Shown: positions 42,483 through 57,332 of the stretch, one piece after another
Layout of the letters: every line of letters starts with the position of its first letter
Numbering within the stretch: position 1 is the stretch's first letter
NCBI GenBank assembly: GCA_964016885.1
Contig: OZ024762.1
Coordinates: 26,660,001 to 26,724,000 of the forward strand
DNA length: 64,000 bases
From: Eledone cirrhosa
Taxonomy: Eukaryota
Direction: 5' to 3'
Made by a program: the position numbers and the translations under genes
The notes under the pieces: model-generated
What the model saw: the letters and a program-made list of their open reading frames with translations, nothing else
Database searches by the model: none
Told to the model about the DNA's origin: nothing

Positions 42483-42528
<46 letters not shown>

Positions 42529-42539
42529 TATATATATAT

Positions 42540-42608
<69 letters not shown>

Positions 42609-42749
42609 AGATAAATCTACCAAAATATACGGTAGTGTCCAATCCATTTGAAGAACTCAATGTAATCCAAATATCATGAAAAGAGAAGATGTATTCAAAA
42701 ATGTTTTCGATGAAAATCACAGGAAAACAGAGTCAAGATAAATTGCCTT

Positions 42750-44025
42750 TTTAATAACATAGTTTATAAATGTAAAATCAGCACTAAGGGCTCAACTTAT
42801 TCATATATAGGAGCTACTTCTAACCAATTTAAAGTAAGATTTAATACCCACACACACAGTTTTAAAAATGCCACATTAGCTAATACAACATCCTTAGCTG
42901 AAATAATTAATAATTATAGAAAAAAGAATATCGATTATAATCTGACTTGGAGTGTGCTCAAAAGGGCCACCCCTTATCAAAATAACAGATATTAGTGTAG
43001 ATTATGTTCCCCGGAACGTTTTGAAATCTAAGGATATCCTATTAAATAAGCGACAAGAATTAATTATATCGTGCAATCATAGAATTAGAAGAACTTTCAA
43101 ATATTATAAACTTAATTAATATACACTTATATTTTACAAATTATTATAATTAGTTTTTTTTTATTTAGTTAACCTATAATTAGTATTTTACTACTGAGAA
43201 CTTCATAATTTTATTTCCCTTTTACAGCTATCTTTTCCTAAAATTAATACCTATAAGTATACATATAAACTATTTTAATTTCCTGTTATGAATCTAAATA
43301 CCTTGTAGTCTCTATAAGTTTGTTATTTCTCACTAATACATTTATCCCCCCAAAAATATTTATCTTCGTTTTTAACAACATTCTTTAATAACATCTAACA
43401 CTTATTTATCACATCTATATGAATTAATATAAATTTATCCCTATAAGTATACCTACCAATTAAATTAATTTAATTTCTTTTTATAGATCTAAATTCCTTA
43501 TGTTTTAAATAAGACTGGTATTTCTCACAAACACATTTATCCTAAAGTTTTATTCTCCTTCGATTTTAACATTAGCATTATTCTTTAAAAACATCAAATT
43601 TTCGTGTACCTTTCATCGGCTTGACCTCTTTTCATCCACAAAGTAATCTTTTCATTCAAAATATTCTTTCCATTCAAAACTGAAGTCTGCATTCCTCTAC
43701 GCCTAAATTAAATTTCTACTAATACTATTCTATCAACTTGACCACTTACTACTTTTCTATTGGTCAATTCAAAACCTGTTCCCAAACAGACCTATTATAT
43801 TAAATCATTGTTGGTTTTTTTCAATACACAAATATCATTATTTCTGAAGACAGAATATATATGTGTAGGTATGTATATTCCCTCTGATAGTTTGTAAAAT
43901 TGTTATATAGATCTATATGATATACATACCAACACACACATATATATCCTAGAAACAATCGTAAAATGATGAATTTTTTAATATAAGGAACTATTTCTTT
44001 GTTTTTATTCATTGTTTTTATTAAT
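42750..44025 (+). pseudogene. Degenerate Naiad GIY-YIG C-terminus plus 3'UTR
   Basis: IVYKCKISTKGSTYSYIGATSNQFKVRFNTHTHSF..WSVLKRATPY..CRLC..CNH at 42755-43118. Confidence 0.8.
43835..43972 (+). ncRNA. Hammerhead-like ribozyme with ~100-nt stem II (relative of 23285-23439)
   Basis: tcattattt-CTGAAGA-cagaatatatatgtgt...acacacatatatatccta-GAAA-caatc-GTA-aaatgatga. Confidence 0.72.
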
Positions 44026-44269
44026 TTATATATATATAATAGTTTTAATATAGATGAGATTATACAGGACTAGAACTGCTTCAATCTTTAGAAATCATCA
44101 GGAATCTGGGTATCCAAAAATAAAGGTGGTATATATAGTTCTTTTCTGGTGGTAGGAGAGGGTGAGGAGTGGGATGGGTAGAGGACATTGGTTGATAGAA
44201 AAGGGAATTCATTAAAAGCTAATTCTTTAAAGCTATAATTTATATTGAGAGTGACAAAGGGCGACCTTT

Positions 44270-44458
44270 GTACTCCAGAAAGCGCGCTCTTACAACGGAG
44301 GACACAAGGGCTGCGACATTTGTATCTCAGAGAGCTACGAAATTTTATTCGCCAAGGGCCGGCTACTGAACACATTCTCTGAACATTGCCAGAACTGCAT
44401 GCACAAGAACTTTGCAACTTTCAAATACGTTAAGCCAGTGTTAATGCCCGATGGCTAA
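44270..44458 (+). pseudogene. Naiad C-terminal fragment from another family (not in the ORF track)
   Basis: VLQKARSYNGGHKGCDICISESYEILFAKGRLLNTFSEHCQNCMHKNFATFKYVKPVLMPDG*. Confidence 0.8.
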
Positions 44459-44850
44459 AGACGACCTCCCCCTTTTAGCCCCTCTACGTTCTTCTGACCC
44501 CAGCCCCACCCCTCCTCAACCTGAAATACGGCCACAATGGTTATGTCAGTACCTCTTACCTATCTGCACCTTTTGCTTGTAGAGCTGTTTTTATGTGCCT
44601 GTGTATATGCGTATATTTATGAGTACTTATTTGTATGTATTTTTATGAGTGGCCGTTTGTTTCTATGCATATCGCTGTGTGTAGGTGGGATTACTTGTCC
44701 TCTCTGTGTGTATATTTATATTTATTTGTATGTATATATGGTTTTGTGTATGTGTGTGTGTGTGTATGTATATGTGTATATATATATATGTGTGTGTGTG
44801 TATATATGTATATATATGTATATATAAATATATATACACATACACACATG

Positions 44851-44941
<91 letters not shown>

Positions 44942-45003
44942 ATGTGCGTATATATGTGTGTATATATATGTTTTATATGAATATGTGTGTATGTATGTGT
45001 ATG

Positions 45004-45034
<31 letters not shown>

Positions 45035-45253
45035 GAGTATATGTATATATATATGTGTATATATGTATGCGTGTGTGGTTGTATATATGTATGTATGTGT
45101 GTATATTTGTATATATATATATATGTATATATGTATATATATATATGTATGTATATATATATATTATGTATACTCCAGTCCTACAAACTGTAGAGTGCTT
45201 CTTATCCGATGTCTGCATTGCTTTATTGTACTACAATAACACTCACCTCCTAC

Positions 45254-45315
<62 letters not shown>

Positions 45316-45552
45316 GTATGTGCATGTGTGTATGTTTGTATATATATATATGTGTTTGTGTGTGTGTGTATGTGTGTATATAAATGCGTGTATATGTGTA
45401 TTTGTGTGTGTATGTATGTGTATGTGTATATATATATATATGTGTGTGTAGATATATATATATATATATATGTATATATGTGTGTGTATGTGTATATGTG
45501 TGAATATATATATATGTATGTGTGTATTTGTTTGTATATATGTATATCTATT

Positions 45553-45639
<87 letters not shown>

Positions 45640-46387
45640 TGGTAAACGGAAAAGAAAATGCTGACAAATTGTTCACAGTGAAAAATAGTTTAATTAGCAA
45701 TAAGTGATAATTAGCAATAGTATTGGTTAGTATTAAGTTTTGGGTTTAAGTTTTACCGGTTGCGCATTTCTAATGCTTTTCAAAAATAATTTTGAGATAG
45801 AGCGTCCGTGATGTTTGCTCTGATCTGATTAGTTTTGGGAATTCTAGCTGTTTTTATGTTAAAAAAGTGGCTCCAGCGGTATTAAAATAAGTTTTGCGCT
45901 AATTCGTGTTGCAAAAATTCTTGTGGTCAAAACAATTTTGATTGGTCGGTAGAGGTCATGTGAATGTAAAAAATTGATTTTGCGCCAAATGTAGGTTTGT
46001 GTCGGCTGACTGAGAGATAAGTCTTTCCCTACAAATATGTGTGTGCTGTGTGTGTGTGTAGTAGTAGTAGTAAAGAGGTTCGTTGTTGTGATAATGGTCA
46101 GCAGGGATGTGTGTGCGAACCGCAGCCTGTTGACAGTTCAAATGCCTATTAAGACAAGTGTGTGTGTGTGTGTGTGTCTGTGTGTAGCAGAGTAATTCGT
46201 GGTAGAGGGATAGTCAGTAGGAATCTGTCTGTAAGGGTGCGGTGGATATTTTAGCATGTTAAAAGATATTTTTTCAGCTCTTGTCTTATACGGAGAAGTG
46301 TGTGTGTGTGTGTGTGTGTATGTCTCTTTGTATGTTAATGTACGCTTATGTATATGTGTGTGTATATATGTGTGTGTGTGAGAGAGA

Positions 46388-46451
<64 letters not shown>

Positions 46452-46644
46452 ATCAGTATTTATTTCTCTTAAAATGGTGTACATTATTGATATTTTCAGT
46501 AAACTCGATTCTCTCAATAGAACATCAAAAACCTTAATAATAAAAGGTGTGAAATGATATATAGTATTGGCATAATACCAAGGTGTGTGTGAGAGTCCAG
46601 GTTGTACGTACTGCAAGGGGAATTCATTAGGCCTTGCCGTATTG

Positions 46645-46723
<79 letters not shown>

Positions 46724-46830
46724 GTGTGTATATGTGTATGTGTATGTATGTGTATATGTATGTATGTGTGTATATGTGGATACATGTGTATATGTGTATA
46801 TATGTGTGGATATATATATATATGTATATA

Positions 46831-46902
<72 letters not shown>

Positions 46903-47084
46903 TGAACGGGAACAAAACAGAGAGGCAGTACGAACAAAGGTTTATTAGTTTCACACTCTTGAGAGTGGGGTGGTGGTGGGGAACGACTTTTCGGGCATAA
47001 GCCCTTCTTAGTGGAAAGTTCAGAGAGTGGTCACGGCGGATTAGATCGGGGTTGAGCCGGAAGTCAAGGTATATATAGTAAGAA

Positions 47085-47330
47085 TAATAATTTTGAAGAC
47101 TAAAATCCAGAGAGGGCTCGATAAGGATAAATATATATTACATATATATGAACCGGAGAGCAAATATTTATTAAAATAACAGATTAAAGTTTAAGGAAAG
47201 AATCGCTGCTTTCACCCTTAACGGGATCTTCTGAAACTAACGAAGTCGATCTGTGAACGCAGAAGTGAATATTTTAAAAAAACGTTGCAACCGGAGGAAG
47301 ACAGGAAGACGATACTTCGGTTCGTGGAAA
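47085..47330 (-). mobile_element. Naiad 3'-end fragment with CAGAAGA hammerhead-like motif (47188-47238)
   Basis: Matches 37780-38030 in reverse complement. Confidence 0.8.
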
Positions 47331-47824
47331 CATATACACACATATACAAATATACATATATACATACATGGTGGCTGCCAACTCGTTTTCGAGTACGGCC
47401 ACTACTTTATATCCTTGTAGGAGAACCCATACCGATGCGCTGAACGAGTGTGACTTTTTAGTCAAGCCAGTGACTTGAAAACTCTGGTACAAACACTATA
47501 CTTGTGGCAATTATTGACACATAGTGCTGGGCCCATGGTACCGTGTGACGACAAGTGCAGAGATATCTCCAGATATAAAGCAATGCCTGTGCCGTGAAGA
47601 TTTTATAGTGAGCATAGGAACTGCACAAAGCCAGTCCCACTCTCAATAACCAAGATGATATTTAGCAAAAAGAAGAACAAGTCAACATCATTGGATACCA
47701 TCAGGGTTGCAGGTGTTATATCAGAGTTTTCCTTCTCATAGAATTCTGCCTTGACAAAGGCCAGGGGGTCATCTCTTCTGTATATACATATATACATACA
47801 TACATACATACATACATACATACA

Positions 47825-47858
<34 letters not shown>

Positions 47859-48347
47859 CACACATATACTTATATATACACATATATACACATATACACA
47901 CATAAATACACACATATATATACACATATATATATATATATATTTATATATGTATATATATATATATGTATATGTATGTGTATGTATATAAATATATGTA
48001 TATATATATATGTCCTCATCAGGGAGTTAGCCAGTTCTTAGATATGCCAGCTCTGTGTTTATAGTGATGATGGTATGAAAGCCTTGGGACATGTGAGCTT
48101 GTTAGGAATAAATTAATGTTGTCAGCAGGAATAGTCTTAACTCTCATTTGTCAGTTTGTAGATGGTAGTAGGGTTGGTATTTGACCTCAAAGAGGCAGGT
48201 GGTGTTGTAAAGTTCAAACCGTCAGGCAAGATGACAATAGTTCCATATGACTGATTTTCACAAAAGGCATTCCTGGTGAGATATATATTCATATATATAT
48301 ATATATATATGCATGTGTATGTATGTGTGTGTATGTGTGTATATATG

Positions 48348-48526
<179 letters not shown>

Positions 48527-48539
48527 ATATATATGTATG

Positions 48540-48593
<54 letters not shown>

Positions 48594-48595
<2 letters not shown>

Positions 48596-49414
48596 AGTAT
48601 GTACACGTACATACATATATGTATACAGACGTACAGTAGTATGTATATATATATATATATAAATACATGCACACATATATACCTGTACGTATGGATTCAC
48701 CGAACATTTATTATAATGCTCGATGTGTTTGTAAACAAACATCCCCTATTAAGCCGTAGTGTCTCGCAACCATTTTTGCTCGTTTGTTCAACACTGACAA
48801 AGGAACGTTGTACTAGTTTCAAGCTTATTAGCTATCGTCAGCAACGTATACCTTCCTGCCAGATTGTTGAACGTATATACTTACCTTATGCATATTAACG
48901 TCTGAGTAGCCCAATTTGCATATCGAGTGGGTCAATCGGCCGGGTGCACCGAAAACGATAAACGGAAAAAATTAAACGAAATTTCTTTTCCCACTCTTAG
49001 TACGGCTGTTACATAAATATAAGTATGTACACGTACATACATATATGTATACAGACGTACAGTAGTATGTATATATATATACATACATGCACACATATAT
49101 ACATGTACGTATGGATTCACCGAAAATTTATTATAGTGCTCGATGTGTTTGTAAACAAACATCCCGTATTAAGCCGTAGTGTCTAGCAACCATCGTTGCT
49201 CGTTTGTTCAACACTGACAAAGGAACGCTGTACTAGTTTCAAGCTTATTAGCTATCGTCAGCAACGTATACCTTCCTGCCAGCTTGTTGAACGTATATAC
49301 TTACCTTATGGATATTAACGGCTGAGTAGCCCAGTTTGCATATCGAGTGGGTTAATCGGCCGGGTGCACCGAAAACGATAAATGGAAAAAATGAAACGAA
49401 ATTTCATTTCCCAC
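48594..49414 (-). mobile_element. Retrozyme-like array, family B2: two ~420-bp units with HHRs at 48805-48847 and 49225-49267
   Basis: acgttg-CTGACGA-t agct aata agct t-GAAA-cta-GTA-caacgt; period 420. Confidence 0.88.
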
Positions 49415-49717
49415 ATCCATATTCACATTTACATTCACATTCACATATATGTGTGTGTTTGTAAATGTGTCTGTTGACATCTGGAATATAGCTTAAGAGA
49501 AATTTGAAGATAATAATATGATAGTCACCCAATATTGTTAACTGGTCTATCGAATTCTTTTGGACTTTGTCACTCTAAATATAAATTATAGCTTTAAAGA
49601 ATTAGCTTTTAATGAATTCCCTTTTTATCAACCAATGTCCTCTACCCATCCCACTCCCCACCCTCTCCTACCACCTGAAAAGACCTATATATATACCACC
49701 TTTATTTTTGGATACCC

Positions 49718-49768
49718 AGATTCCTGATGAGTTCTAAAGAATGAAACAGTTCTAGTCCTGTAGAATCT
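49718..49768 (+). ncRNA. Type I hammerhead ribozyme in a PLE-type 3' end (49560-49852)
   Basis: agattc-CTGATGA-gttc taaa gaat-GAAA-cag ttctagtc ctg-TA-gaatct; degenerate minus copy at ~44055-44108. Confidence 0.88.
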
Positions 49769-49870
49769 CAACTATATTAAAATTTTTATACTCTGCTATG
49801 TATTGAGCACCTTACTTATTGTGGTTACCTCCGATTCAACCCGGAATAACGTATATATATAATATATATA

Positions 49871-50909
49871 TTATATATAACTTTGATAACTTTGATAAAT
49901 TTGATAGGTTTCGGCCAGTATTGGCCCAGGACATGTCTAACTTAATAGCACCACCTGACGAAGTCTTACAAATCAGTGTTTGGGTACCATGGCCCACTCG
50001 AGCAGAGAGTTATTGTTTACGGAGGCATATCCGGGTGTAGGAGGCTTATCCGGGATTTCTTGAAGGAATTTATCCAAAGACTTCTTGAACTTGATGGGGT
50101 CTGTCTCTGCTTTGATGTGTTTTTGTGTAATGTTAAAGAGTGGAGGGCCAATTGAAGTGGAATAATTGTGCCGTATTGTTGTTATGTGATGCGAGTGAGA
50201 TTTTTGTCATGGGCGGATAGCACGGAGCCCAAGCCTTGGGTGTACACTAAGGGTGATGCCAACATCATTTGGGCAAAGCTGATGGAATATTTTCCACATC
50301 ATACAGATAATGTAGCGCACACGGCGACGTTGAATAGAATATAGTTTGAGCTTGTCTAATCGACTCCAATAGTCAAGGCCTGTCATGCCAACTATCTTTT
50401 TTGTAATTGACCTTTGGGGTGCTTCAACTTTCATGATACTTTGTTTCGTGTGGGGTGACCACAGTGGACAACAGTATTCAAGGTGGGGTCGGGTAAAAGT
50501 GGAGAAGAGAAGGATAACAGTGTGGATAGCTCTCGTCTGGAAAGTTCTAAGAATCCAGGAACACATTCTGCGAGCCATATCAACTTTGCTGTTTTTATGA
50601 GTGGCCGAGCTTATGTTGTCCACAATTACTCCCAGGTCTCTGATGTTATTGGATGCCACTAGAGTTTCACCTGAAGGAAGAGAATATGGTAGTTTCAGGG
50701 CATCCTTTTTTCCAAAGTGCATTAATTCAAATTCATCATCATTCAACAGCCAACAGCATATTATTCATCTCTGCACATTGGATAACAGCCAGTAGGTCTG
50801 ACTGAAGGCAAGTCCAGTCACCCGCCTCCTTGATTGGAATCAGCAGATTGGAATCATCTGCGAAGATTCTGATGTTGGTGTGCTTGATGATGTCAGTAAT
50901 GTCATTAAT
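49871..50909 (-). pseudogene. CR1-group LINE 3' fragment
   Basis: [57 protein letters not shown]; 3' hairpin ggccaatactggcc plus short tatcaaa(g/t) tandem tail. Confidence 0.88.
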
Positions 50910-50914
50910 ATATT

Positions 50915-51036
<122 letters not shown>

Positions 51037-51105
51037 TTATATTATATATATAATATATATATATAAATATATATTGTATATATAATATATATATATATAT
51101 GTATA

Positions 51106-51189
<84 letters not shown>

Positions 51190-51193
<4 letters not shown>

Positions 51194-52593
51194 GTAAGTA
51201 TGCATGTATACGTACATACATATATGTATACAGACGTACAGTAGCATGCACATATATATATATATATATACATATATACATACATATGCATACAGGTACA
51301 CATACATCTATGCACGTATCAGTTTAGCGGCGCTAACGTCGCTTTGTTCGTTTGTCAACAAACTGAACAGCCTTAATTTATGCCATACGGTGTTAAGGCA
51401 ACCACGTCACCTTTTTGTTCAACACTGACACAGGAACGATGTACTAGTTTCAAGCTTGTTAGCTATCATCAGCACCGTTTACCCATCTGCCAGATAGTTG
51501 AACGTTCGAAAGTATATACTTTCCTTATGAAAATTAACGGCTGAGCAGCCTAATTTGCATATTGAGTGAGTTAAATCGGTCAGGCATACCGAAAACGATA
51601 AATTGAAACAAAATGAAAACGAAATTTCATTTCTCACTCTTAGTATGGCACTTACTTAAATGTAAGTATGCATGTATACGTACATACATATATGTATACA
51701 GACGTACAGTAGCATGCACATATATATATATATATATATACATATATACATACATATGCATACAGGTACACATACATCTATGCACGTATCAGTTTAGCGG
51801 CGCTAACGTCGCTTTGTTCGTTTGTAAACAAACTGAACAGCCTGAATTTATGCCATACGGTGTTAAGGCAACCACGTCACCTTTTTGTTCAACACTGACA
51901 CAGGAACGATGTACTAGTTTCAAGCTTGTTAGCTATCATCAGCACCGTTTACCCATCTGCCAGATAGTTGAACGTTCGAAAGTATATACTTTCCTTATGA
52001 AAATTAACGGCTGAGCAGCCTAATTTGCATATTGAGTGAGTTAAATCGGTCAGGCATACCGAAAACGATAAATTGAAACAAAATGAAAACGAAATTTCAT
52101 TTCTCACTCTTAGTATGGCACTTACTTAAATGTAAGTATGCATGTATACGTACATACATATATGTATACAGACGTACAGTAGCATGCACATATATATATA
52201 TATATATACATATATATACTTTCGAACGTTCAACTATCTGGCAGATGGGTAAACGGTGCTGATGATAGCTAACAAGCTTGAAACTAGTACATCGTTCCTG
52301 TGTCAGTGTTGAACAAAAAGGTGACGTGGTTGCCTTAACACCGTATGGCATAAATTCAGGCTGTTCAGTTTGTTTACAAACGAACAAAGCGACGTTAGCG
52401 CCGCTAAACTGATACGTGCATAGATGTATGTGTACCTGTATGCATATGTATGTATATATGTATATATATATATATATATGTGCATGCTACTGTACGTCTG
52501 TATACATATATGTATGTACGTATACATGCATACTTACATTTAAGTAAGTGCCATACTAAGAGTGAGAAATGAAATTTCGTTTTCATTTTGTTT

Positions 52594-52596
<3 letters not shown>
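51190..52596. mobile_element. Retrozyme-like array, family B1: ~469-bp units (HHR minus at 51435-51479 and 51905-51949; inverted arm HHR plus at 52252-52296)
   Basis: aacggtg-CTGATGA-t agct aaca agct t-GAAA-cta-GTA-catcgtt; periods 468 and 470; inversion at ~52213. Confidence 0.9.
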
Positions 52597-52636
<40 letters not shown>

Positions 52637-52683
52637 TATATATATATTATATATAAATATTATATATTATATATTATATATGC

Positions 52684-52731
<48 letters not shown>

Positions 52732-52735
<4 letters not shown>

Positions 52736-53601
52736 TTATGTTCAGCGAATTCACGGACTTGACTTCACTTTTCGTTGCTTCACCATCTTTGTTTGTTTAC
52801 ACTCTCGCTCGTTCCCCTTATTTACGTGTCCCAACGACTTTCTTTAGCCGTTGCTCGCACCAACCGGGGGTATATGGTCTTTAAAGCGATGAAATACCAA
52901 TGCTGGTTGGAAGATCACTGATGAAGGACTAACTTTATTCATATGTAACCCATTAGCTACCACGCAGCACGTTTATTCTCATATTTGCACATATTTTTTC
53001 CCCCGCTTCTGACCCGTCTATTTCGTTCTTACTGCTTCCTCTTTCTCTCTGTCATTCTCTCTGTTAGCCTCTTCCTCACCCTTCACTCACTCACTCTCTG
53101 TTACTACCTATCCTCCTCCTCCTCCTTCCCGTTTGACCTGTGCGTAATTCTTTTCTTTCGCACGCTTGGTCAGGCTGGTTCCCCTTTTCTCTCTCTCTCG
53201 TCTACGATTTCACAGAACTTATGTTCACCGAATTCACGGACTAGACCCCTTCTTCCTCTCGTTAGACCTGTGCGGAATTCCTTCCTTGCTCACATTTCAA
53301 CCAGGTTTGATGGTCTTTATTCTCTCTCGTTCACGATTTCACCGAACTTATATTCATGGAAATCTGGGACTTGACTCTTTCTTCCTCACTTTTCGTTGCT
53401 TCACCATCTTTGTTTGTTTACACTCTCGCTGTTCCCTTTATTTACGTGTCCCAACGACTTTCTTTAGCCGTTGCTCGTACCAACCGGAGGTATATGGTCT
53501 TTAAAGCGAAGCAATACCGATGATCGTTGGAAGATCACTGATGATGGACCACTTTATTCATATGTACCCCATTTGCAACCACGCAGCACGTTTATTCTCA
53601 T
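52732..53601 (+). repeat. Family C1: ~620-bp pyrimidine-rich unit, ~1.4 copies
   Basis: Block ttcgttgcttcaccatc...gatcactgatga...cacgcagcacgtttattctcat repeated at ~52770-52983 and ~53390-53601. Confidence 0.75.
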
Positions 53602-53632
<31 letters not shown>

Positions 53633-54052
53633 TAGAAAGTGAGGTTTTTTTTACAAAATGAAAAATAACCGAGGTGTCCTACACGAGTGAAAGTTTAAAG
53701 AAAAAAAGATTAAATCGAAAATGCAACTGTAGTCGTATTTTTAAAACAATATATATTTTGTTTTAAAAATAAGACTCCAGTTGCATATTCGATTTCATCT
53801 TTTTTTCTACATATATATATATATAGTATAATAATCGACTATCGAAAAATCGGCGCACGAGTTCACGATAAACAAAATTCGAAATGAGCGGCAGAGGGCT
53901 CAATAATTCAGATAAATCAGAGCTATAACTATCGGTAAAATACCGTCACACATTGAACATGTCAACAATCAACCATACGACCGAAAAATTGCGATACGGA
54001 AGATTCGGTACACTCAGATAAAATATCAATAAATCAATAAATCAAATGAATG

Positions 54053-54108
<56 letters not shown>

Positions 54109-54126
54109 TATATATATATATATATA

Positions 54127-54907
<781 letters not shown>

Positions 54908-54952
54908 GTAATAATAATGAATTTGAAGACTAAAATCCAATTTATTTTAATA

Positions 54953-55008
<56 letters not shown>

Positions 55009-55014
55009 TATAAG

Positions 55015-55608
55015 ATATGGAAATTCTCTGGATTTCCACTCTTTGGATTGGTAAAACCGTCCGTAACATCAATGGGAGAGGTGAGTATTTAAATCGTTTT
55101 TTAATTTGTTTAAAAAACTGTTTGATAATTGCTTGCTCCGCTCATTTGTATAGTTCTGTTATCTCAAACTAGTACCATCGAACCACAACTATTATAAATA
55201 CCTTGCATATTTCTATAGGTACCTAGTGCGTGCTGGAATATCCATACCCTTTTATGATTTTTCTCGTTATCTAGGGAACAAACGTTGTATCGGGACTGCT
55301 ATTTCTAGTGGCATGATCCACAAGTTTATAATAACCAGCTTTTACTTGTGGCCTAATTTTGGTGAGTGTCACTTTGACGGCTTGACCGCATGCGTTGGGC
55401 AGGAAGCGGAATATTGACTTACTATGAAATTTGCACCCTTATGGTATGGAAATAAGCTGTCTGAAGATCTAATTCTTTCCATTGGAAATTATATGGGTTT
55501 CCAATCTTTGGATTGGTGAACCCGTCCGTAACAGCAATAGAACAGGTGATTATTTAAATAGTTTTTTAATTTATTTAAAAAACTATTTGATAATTGATTG
55601 CTCCGCTC

Positions 55609-55613
<5 letters not shown>
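55015..55613 (+). repeat. ~465-bp unit with ~130-bp diverged terminal redundancy in (TA)n
   Basis: tggaaatt...ctttggattggt...ccgtccgtaaca...tgctccgctcattt at 55018-55148 and 55483-55612. Confidence 0.7.
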
Positions 55614-55690
<77 letters not shown>

Positions 55691-55848
55691 ACATATATAT
55701 ATCATATATATAATATATATTTATATATTATATATATATATATTATATATATATATATATATAATATATATATAATATATATATTATATATATAATATAT
55801 ATATAATATATATATAATATATATATATTATAATTATAATATATATAT

Positions 55849-55927
<79 letters not shown>

Positions 55928-55965
55928 AGTATTATATATATATAATATATATATATATTATATAT

Positions 55966-56024
<59 letters not shown>

Positions 56025-56077
56025 ATATATTATATATATATATTATATATATACTTATATAAGTATATATATATATA

Positions 56078-56284
56078 AGTTTGTTTACAAACACACCGAG
56101 CATTAAAATAAATGTTTGGTGAATCCATACGTACATATATATATATATGTGCGTGCTTGTATGTATATATATATACATACTACTGTACGTCTGTATACAT
56201 ATATGTATGTACGTATATATACTTATATTTAAGTAACAACCGTACCAAGTCTGGGAAATGAAATTTCGTTTCATTTTTTCCGTT

Positions 56285-56285
<1 letters not shown>
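56078..56285 (+). mobile_element. Family B2 3'-terminal fragment
   Basis: Ends gggaaatgaaatttcgtttcattttttccgttt(AT)n. Confidence 0.8.
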
Positions 56286-56315
<30 letters not shown>

Positions 56316-56317
<2 letters not shown>

Positions 56318-57127
56318 GAATGAAAATATACCGTGAAACAGGAACGTCGATTATCACTAGCCTGCTGATTATCATTCGTATTTATTCGCATTAAACAGTA
56401 GATAACTAAAATCAGTGCGAACGATAACTAAATTAAGCTAGGGGGACAGAGGACAGTAAACAAACAACATGGTAGTAATGCAACGTAAAGAGGGGAAAAG
56501 AGAGACAAGTCAATGCACCTTGTGGGCTTAAGTCCGAGTCGCAACAACGCAGCACGCCAATTTTCATTCACATGTATATTTTCATTCACATGTATATTTT
56601 CTCCCTTCGCTGTTTGTTCGTAATTTTTTCTGTCACCTTACTGCTATGCTCTTTTTTCTCTACCCCTTCTCTCTCCTTTACCTCTTGCTTTATTCCACCC
56701 CGCCGCTGGTCACACACTCTCCGCTGGCCCATTCCTCACACTTTCTCAGACTCAATCTCTGCTACTCCTCCTCTCTCACTTTCTCCGGTCTGACGTGCGT
56801 GTAATTCTTTCCTCTCTCAATTTTCGCGTGGCTCGGCCGTGTCTATGACTTCTCGTCATTTCATTTGTCGGACTTAAGCTCACAAGATTCATTGACTTGT
56901 GTCCTTTTCCTCTCTTTACGTTGCATTACATTACTACCATGTTGTTTGTTTACTTTCCTCTGTCCTGATAACTTAATTTAGTTATCGCTCGCATTGATTT
57001 TACGTATATAGTGTTTAATGCGAAGAAATACCAATGACAACCACAGCTATTGATGATGGACATTCCTGTTTCTCGTGCTATTTTCATTCAAACGTTCATA
57101 TTCGCAACAACGCAGCACACCATTCTT

Positions 57128-57135
<8 letters not shown>
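56316..57135 (+). repeat. Family C2: ~563-bp unit with terminal redundancy plus inverted partial copy (56316-56540)
   Basis: gcaacaacgcagcac at 56541 and 57104; homologous to C1; 56316-56540 is the reverse complement of ~56865-57090. Confidence 0.72.
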
Positions 57136-57194
<59 letters not shown>

Positions 57195-57261
57195 GTGTGT
57201 GTATATTATATATATATATATATATATATACAGTTTATATATACATATATATTACATATAT

Positions 57262-57305
<44 letters not shown>

Positions 57306-57332
57306 ATATAATATATATATATATTATATATA

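Larger units (their letters stand above)
38124..42490 (-). mobile_element. Penelope-like element (Neptune/Nematis-like) with ~780-bp inverted 3' copy (41713-42490, +) mirroring 38180-38957
   Basis: Long RT-GIY-YIG ORF, near-identical inverted arms, (TA)n on both flanks. Confidence 0.92.

Noticed and set aside
47370-48280. GC-richer islands as possible host exons
   Set aside because: No recognisable protein motif or convincing splice structure; bounded by microsatellites like the TE fragments and left unassigned.
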